DNA of 64,000 nucleotides from Candidatus Cloacimonadales bacterium (GTDB lineage Bacteria; Cloacimonadota; Cloacimonadia; G963667145): NCBI GenBank assembly GCA_965228195.1, contig OZ245797.1, positions 646,540 to 710,539 of the forward strand, read 5' to 3'. Shown piece by piece: positions 59,405 to 64,000 of this stretch (position 1 is its first letter; each line of letters starts with the position of its first letter). The notes under the pieces were generated by a model. It saw only the letters and a program-made list of their open reading frames with translations, ran no database searches and was not told where the DNA came from. The position numbers and the translations under genes were made by a program.

Positions 59405-60130
59405 TTATTTTAGGAAAACCGTGGCAAACCCGATCAAACCGCCGAACACTCCGCCCCACACTACTAGCCATCCCAAATGTTTTCTTATCATATCTTGAAT
59501 TATTTTTTTAACCAGCTCTGGTGTGAGCTCGTCTAACCTTTTTTGGACGATCGTCGAGATTTTCTCTAAGATCTTGTCGTCTTTGCCGATTAAGTTTTGG
59601 CTCACTTTTTGATGAAAATCTTCGGAAGAAACCATCTGCACAGTCGCATCTTTCAGGCGACACACCACCGGCTCACGCAAACTCTCTAGCACGGCAGATC
59701 CTCCCACCATGGCGATCATCCCCCCAAAAGAGGACTCCAAAATCGACTTTACCAAGGCGTCGAACATCGGGTCAAAATTTGTCTTTTGAACCATCGGCGT
59801 CAAATTTATTTGCTCCAATTTCGAACCGTCCAAAAACTTATCGACATTATCTTTGGTAAAAAACTGGTTCATCATCAAGCTTTTGATGCCTGCCTTAAAC
59901 TCCTGAAACCTAGAGGGGATAACGCCTGAGCCGTAAAGACCCGGCACCTTTTCAAAAAGCATAAAGACCGCTATCCAGTTGGTGATACCTCCCGAGAAAG
60001 CAAAAAGCCCCACATTGAAAACCATCTGCTGACACAACAGATTTTCCGACCCAAAAGGGACGAAATAGCCGATTAAAACCAAACTCCCGCTCAAGAAGTT
60101 GGTGACCATACTTTTGTTTATCATCTTCAA
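59405..60130 (-). CDS. DUF445-family membrane protein
   Basis: GGITNWIAVFMLFEKVPGLYGSGVIP resembles the DUF445 signature. Confidence 0.5.
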   Translation of the reverse strand: MKMINKSMVTNFLSGSLVLIGYFVPFGSENLLCQQMVFNVGLFAFSGGITNWIAVFMLFEKVPGLYGSGVIPSRFQEFKAGIKSLMMNQFFTKDNVDKFLDGSKLEQINLTPMVQKTNFDPMFDALVKSILESSFGGMIAMVGGSAVLESLREPVVCRLKDATVQMVSSEDFHQKVSQNLIGKDDKILEKISTIVQKRLDELTPELVKKIIQDMIRKHLGWLVVWGGVFGGLIGFATVFLK

Positions 60131-60154
60131 AATCTCCCTAAAATAACGGTTTGA

Positions 60155-61300
60155 CTACCAGCGCATCCGACACAAAGCCAAGCTGAAAGGTGACAACACC
60201 ACCTGATTTGCTCTGGAGGTAGCTCCCCCCAAAAGAGTATCGCCAAAAGGCAAAATCTCCACCTTGTCGGCTTGGACGCCTTTCCAGACAGCCTCTTTCT
60301 CCGAAAAGTTGATGCCCAATAGATAAACGCTCTCGACGCACTTCAACAAAAATCCTCTAAAATCTTTTTCACTCAGCACCTTTTCCACTCCCAACACGGC
60401 GCGCTTCTTGTAATCGAGCAAGAAAGAGAAGAGGTTGTCGTCGCGGTAGCTTTGCAACTCCTGGGGCGTGCTGTTGTCTTGCAAAAGCAAGCTCTGGCTG
60501 CTGAGGATGATGTTAGCCAAGGTGCAAAGCCGCTGGTTGGATTGCTCGCTTGGCTCCAGATGCGGGAAGCCAAGAAACTTGCCTTGCCAGCGCAAAACTG
60601 TCTCGTCCAGCTCTGGCAGAGCCAAACCGGAGGGCAAACCTCTCAGCAGCAGGTCGAACCCCTTGTTAGCGTAAGTGGTAAACTTCTGCTCTTCTTGCCC
60701 GTAGACAAGCTCTCCCAGCGAGCAACAATCGCCTTGCTCGGCGACCACATCTTTCAAGAAGCGGACAACCCTGATGTTCTCATCGTCCACCTTATGAAAG
60801 TTTTGCTCACCTTGTCGGTCGTACATACACCCATCGACCCCTGCAAAAACAAACCCCTTGATGCCTTGGCTCATCCAGTGGCGAACCACCTTGCCCATGC
60901 GCGAGCGCAAAGCGGGACTGTGCCAATCCAAAAGAGGAAACTCCTTACCCCGATGGCTGAGGTAATACTCATCTTCGTGTCTGTGCCAAAGCGAGTTGCC
61001 TTGCTCGTCTTGCCAGAGGTGGTCTTGCTCAGAAACAGGGTAAAACTCTTGGCGCTGCTGATCGTCTTTGAACATCCCACATTGCAAGGTGGTGCTGTCC
61101 ACACAAATGCGCAAGACGATAGCTATCTCTTGCCTAAGATATGTCTTTACCATCAGCTCAAAATCTTCTTTGCTACCTTTAGCAAGGTTAAGGTTGTAAA
61201 AGTTGTTGACCACCCCGCTTGGGTAACTAGCGTCCAGTGCGTTGACCAAATAGATGGCGTCGATGCCCATGGTTTTGTATCGCTCCACCTGCAGGGTCAA
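60155..61300 (-). CDS. alpha-amylase-family (GH13)-like protein, N-terminally truncated and divergent
   Basis: MGIDAIYL is like GH13 region I. The canonical GFRxDxxxH reads GIKGFVFAGVDG. The frame stays open upstream into the alaS 3' end with no ATG. Confidence 0.45.
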   Translation of the reverse strand: MTLQVERYKTMGIDAIYLVNALDASYPSGVVNNFYNLNLAKGSKEDFELMVKTYLRQEIAIVLRICVDSTTLQCGMFKDDQQRQEFYPVSEQDHLWQDEQGNSLWHRHEDEYYLSHRGKEFPLLDWHSPALRSRMGKVVRHWMSQGIKGFVFAGVDGCMYDRQGEQNFHKVDDENIRVVRFLKDVVAEQGDCCSLGELVYGQEEQKFTTYANKGFDLLLRGLPSGLALPELDETVLRWQGKFLGFPHLEPSEQSNQRLCTLANIILSSQSLLLQDNSTPQELQSYRDDNLFSFLLDYKKRAVLGVEKVLSEKDFRGFLLKCVESVYLLGINFSEKEAVWKGVQADKVEILPFGDTLLGGATSRANQVVLSPFSLALCRMRW

Positions 61301-61361
61301 CTGACTAAAACTCAGCTCCGCCTTCGGCTGGTAAAAACAAGCCGTCTGCCACCAAAAATTT

Positions 61362-63965
61362 TTAATGGGAACTCTCCCCGACTATCTCTTTCATCTTCGC
61401 CTCGATTATCTGCAAAGCTTTTTGCCCGCCACCGCAAGGCAAACTGCCGGCTCCAAAAGCTGCCTCGGGTCTGCCACCGCCTTTGCCCGAGAAAAGGGCG
61501 CTGACAGCTTTGACAATCTGACCTGCCTTGAGGCTCTCTTGGTAGTTTTTGCTCACTCCCACACCCAAGGTAAACCGATCACCTTGAGGAAGAATCAACA
61601 GCACAACCCCTTGCCCCAACTTGTCTTGCAAGATAGCAACGCTGTTTTTCAGATCGGAGCCTTGGGGCAAAACGCCCAGTGCCAAAGGTGTTTGTCCTAC
61701 TTTTTGGCTGGTTTTCAATATATCGTCCAAACAAGCCTGAGCCAAGCGAGCCTTCAGCTGCTCCACCTGTTTGCTCAAACTTTTGCGCTCTTGCAGGACG
61801 CTCTCCAGCTTGGTGCTCAACTTGTCCAAAGGCGCTCCCAGCTCGGTAGCCAAAGATTGCAGCTCTTGCTCTTTGGCACGACAATAGTGCAAAGCTTCCT
61901 CACCACAGACGGCGGAAATACGCCTGACGCCAGCCGAGACGGAACTCTCGGCAACGATTTTGAACAAACCGATCTCACCACTGTTGCTAAGGTGCGTCCC
62001 CCCACAAAACTCTAGGGAAACATCGCCCACGCTAACCACCCTCACCTTCTCCCCGTAGTTTTCGGCAAAAAACGCCAACGCCCCACTTTGCTTAGCTTTG
62101 GCAAGGCTCATCTGCTGGGTAACAACGGGATGACAACCACGCACGATTTGATTGAGGTCGGTCTCTATCTGAGCCAACTGCCCAGCAGAAATTTTGTCCA
62201 TACAGATGAAGTCGAAGCGCAAACCGGTTGCACTCACTTGCGACCCTTTTTGTTGGACAAAATCGCCCAGACGCTTTTTGAGAACAGCTTGCAAGATGTG
62301 GGTGGCAGTGTGATGAGTGCTGATATTTTTCCTTCTGTCTGGATCGATGCTGGCTTCCACGCTTTGTCCAACTTTAGGTTTGTTGCCACGCAGCTGCCCG
62401 CCGTGCAAAACGACTTTGCCCGACTTGCGGACATCTTGCACCAACATCCGCCAGCCTTCGCTCTTTATCTGCCCGGTGTCACAAGCTTGACCTCCAGCCG
62501 TGGCGTAAAAAGGGGTCTTATCTAGCACGACCAAACTTCGCCCGGCTTCGTCCTCACCCACGAAAACCACCTTCGCCGAAGAGGAGATGGCATCGTAGCC
62601 GACGAACTGGCTGGCAGGAACATCTTTCAGCTCAGAGCCGATAGACTGATCCCCTTGCTCGAACTTGGCAGCGTCTCTAGCTCGCTTTTTTTGCTGAGCC
62701 ATATGTTGGGTAAAACCAGCTTTGTCCACGCTCAGCCCTTGCTCTTGCGCCATCAGCTCGGTCAGATCTAGCGGAAATCCGAAGGTGTCGTAAAGCAAAA
62801 AAGCGTCTGCCCCGCTGATGTTTTTGCCCGTGGCAGTAACTTGGGCAAAGCGCAAAAGACCTTTGTCCAGCGTCTTGTTGAACCGCTCTTCCTCGGCGTG
62901 AATAATCTTCTTGATATAATCTTTTTGGGTCAAAAGCTCGCCGAAATGCTCGCCCATGACGCTGGCAACCACATCCACCAGCGGTGACAAAAACGGCTCT
63001 TGCAAACCGACAACTCTGCCAAAACGACAGGCTCGGCGCAAGATGCGTCGTAGCACATAGCCTCTGCCTTCGTTGGAAGGCACTCCACCGTCGCTCAGAG
63101 CAAAACTAAGGGCGCGAATATGGTCGGCTATCACCCGAAAGGCAACCTCATCTTCGCTACTGGCCATCTTGCGGACGACAGCGATGATCGGCACAAAAAG
63201 GTCGGTGTCGTAGTTGCTAGACACACCTTGGATAACTCTGGCAATGCGCTCCAGACCCGCTCCTGTGTCTACATACCTGTTTTCCAGATCGACCAAACTG
63301 CCGTCGGACAATCGCTGATACTGGATGAAAACCAAGTTCCACAGCTCGACGAAGCGGTGACAATCTCCGTTGACGCGGCAGGTGTGTCCCGATTGCCCTG
63401 CCAAGTTGCACTCGCCTTGCCCTAAATCGATGTGAATTTCGGAGCAGGGACCGCAAGGACCTGTGGCGCCCATCTCCCAGAAGTTGTCTTTGTCGTCGTG
63501 AAACTCGATATGGTTTGGGTCTATGTCGGTGAGCTGCTGCCACAAGTCGAAAGCTTCTTGGTCGCTTTTGTGGACGGTGGCGTAAAGCTTGTCTTTGGGT
63601 AGCTCCAGCTCGATGGTGAGAAACTGCCAAGCCCACTGGATAGCCTCTTTCTTGTAGTAGTCGGCGAAAGACCAGTTGCCCAGCATCTCGAAAAAGGTGT
63701 GATGGTAGCCATCTTTACCCACATCTTCCAGATCGTTGTGCTTGCCCCCGGCACGAATGCACTTTTGAGAGTTGACCGCTCTAGAGTATTCTGGCGCCTG
63801 TGAGCCTAAGAAAATATTTTTGAACTGGTTCATCCCCGCGTTGGTAAAAAGCAGGGTCGGGTCGTCCTGAGGAACCACCGGAGATGACGGCACGAACTTA
63901 TGCCCTTTTTCGACAAAAAAATCGATAAAACTTTTTCGCAACTGTGCACTGGTTAAGTTTTTCAC
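61362..63965 (-). CDS. alaS: alanine--tRNA ligase
   Basis: 867 aa. FTNAGMNQFK, the HxxxH/CxxxH editing-domain motifs and the C-terminal DHHA1 region are present. Confidence 0.9.
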   Translation of the reverse strand: MKNLTSAQLRKSFIDFFVEKGHKFVPSSPVVPQDDPTLLFTNAGMNQFKNIFLGSQAPEYSRAVNSQKCIRAGGKHNDLEDVGKDGYHHTFFEMLGNWSFADYYKKEAIQWAWQFLTIELELPKDKLYATVHKSDQEAFDLWQQLTDIDPNHIEFHDDKDNFWEMGATGPCGPCSEIHIDLGQGECNLAGQSGHTCRVNGDCHRFVELWNLVFIQYQRLSDGSLVDLENRYVDTGAGLERIARVIQGVSSNYDTDLFVPIIAVVRKMASSEDEVAFRVIADHIRALSFALSDGGVPSNEGRGYVLRRILRRACRFGRVVGLQEPFLSPLVDVVASVMGEHFGELLTQKDYIKKIIHAEEERFNKTLDKGLLRFAQVTATGKNISGADAFLLYDTFGFPLDLTELMAQEQGLSVDKAGFTQHMAQQKKRARDAAKFEQGDQSIGSELKDVPASQFVGYDAISSSAKVVFVGEDEAGRSLVVLDKTPFYATAGGQACDTGQIKSEGWRMLVQDVRKSGKVVLHGGQLRGNKPKVGQSVEASIDPDRRKNISTHHTATHILQAVLKKRLGDFVQQKGSQVSATGLRFDFICMDKISAGQLAQIETDLNQIVRGCHPVVTQQMSLAKAKQSGALAFFAENYGEKVRVVSVGDVSLEFCGGTHLSNSGEIGLFKIVAESSVSAGVRRISAVCGEEALHYCRAKEQELQSLATELGAPLDKLSTKLESVLQERKSLSKQVEQLKARLAQACLDDILKTSQKVGQTPLALGVLPQGSDLKNSVAILQDKLGQGVVLLILPQGDRFTLGVGVSKNYQESLKAGQIVKAVSALFSGKGGGRPEAAFGAGSLPCGGGQKALQIIEAKMKEIVGESSH

Positions 63966-64000
63966 TAATCTAAATCCTCATCTTTAACATATTGATCCAC

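Noticed and set aside
60452-61504. 350-aa + strand ORF
   Set aside because: It is antisense to the GH13-like gene and the alaS 3' end, with Leu/Arg/Gln-rich junk translation.

Overview
This 64-kb window is a densely coding bacterial chromosomal segment, about 45-50% GC, made up mostly of housekeeping genes. Operon arrangements are Firmicutes-like: rpsF-ssb-rpsR-yybS-rplI, ispE-spoVG, prs-ctc-pth, rpsP-KH-rimM-trmD-rplS, and mreBCD-mrdA-rodA. Other housekeeping calls include alaS, argS, purA, trxB-prmC, glnN (type III GS), dnaN, hup, ispG, hpt and an ECF biotin transporter. Outer-membrane-type proteins are also present: a patatin-Omp85 fusion, a beta-barrel OMP and a Wzz-like protein. RNA genes are a tmRNA (ssrA, 2886-3256, which the ORF track mistook for the 5' extension of a CDS), tRNA-Arg(CCT) and tRNA-Thr(CGT). 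I found no CRISPR array, rRNA, transposase or integrase. Three loci look accessory or unusual.

The first is an AT-rich cassette of about 1.5 kb (1145-2679) flanked by shuffled inverted-repeat modules. It carries a PH-like/SHOCT-domain ORF and sits just upstream of ssrA.

The second is a translationally coupled pair abutting tRNA-Thr (31749-32521): a small acidic protein and a 198-aa protein with an H-G-T / G-x-Y-F pattern.

The third is an AT-rich three-gene operon between hpt and xdhC (49451-51185) encoding a GHKL ATPase, a small STAS-like (DUF4325-like) protein and a PIN nuclease. This is my best candidate for an undescribed partner-switch-controlled toxin or defence module.

Other oddities: an ArgRS whose HIGH motif reads NIVS, an orphan multi-domain FeS flavoprotein, and an N-terminally truncated, divergent GH13-like protein.
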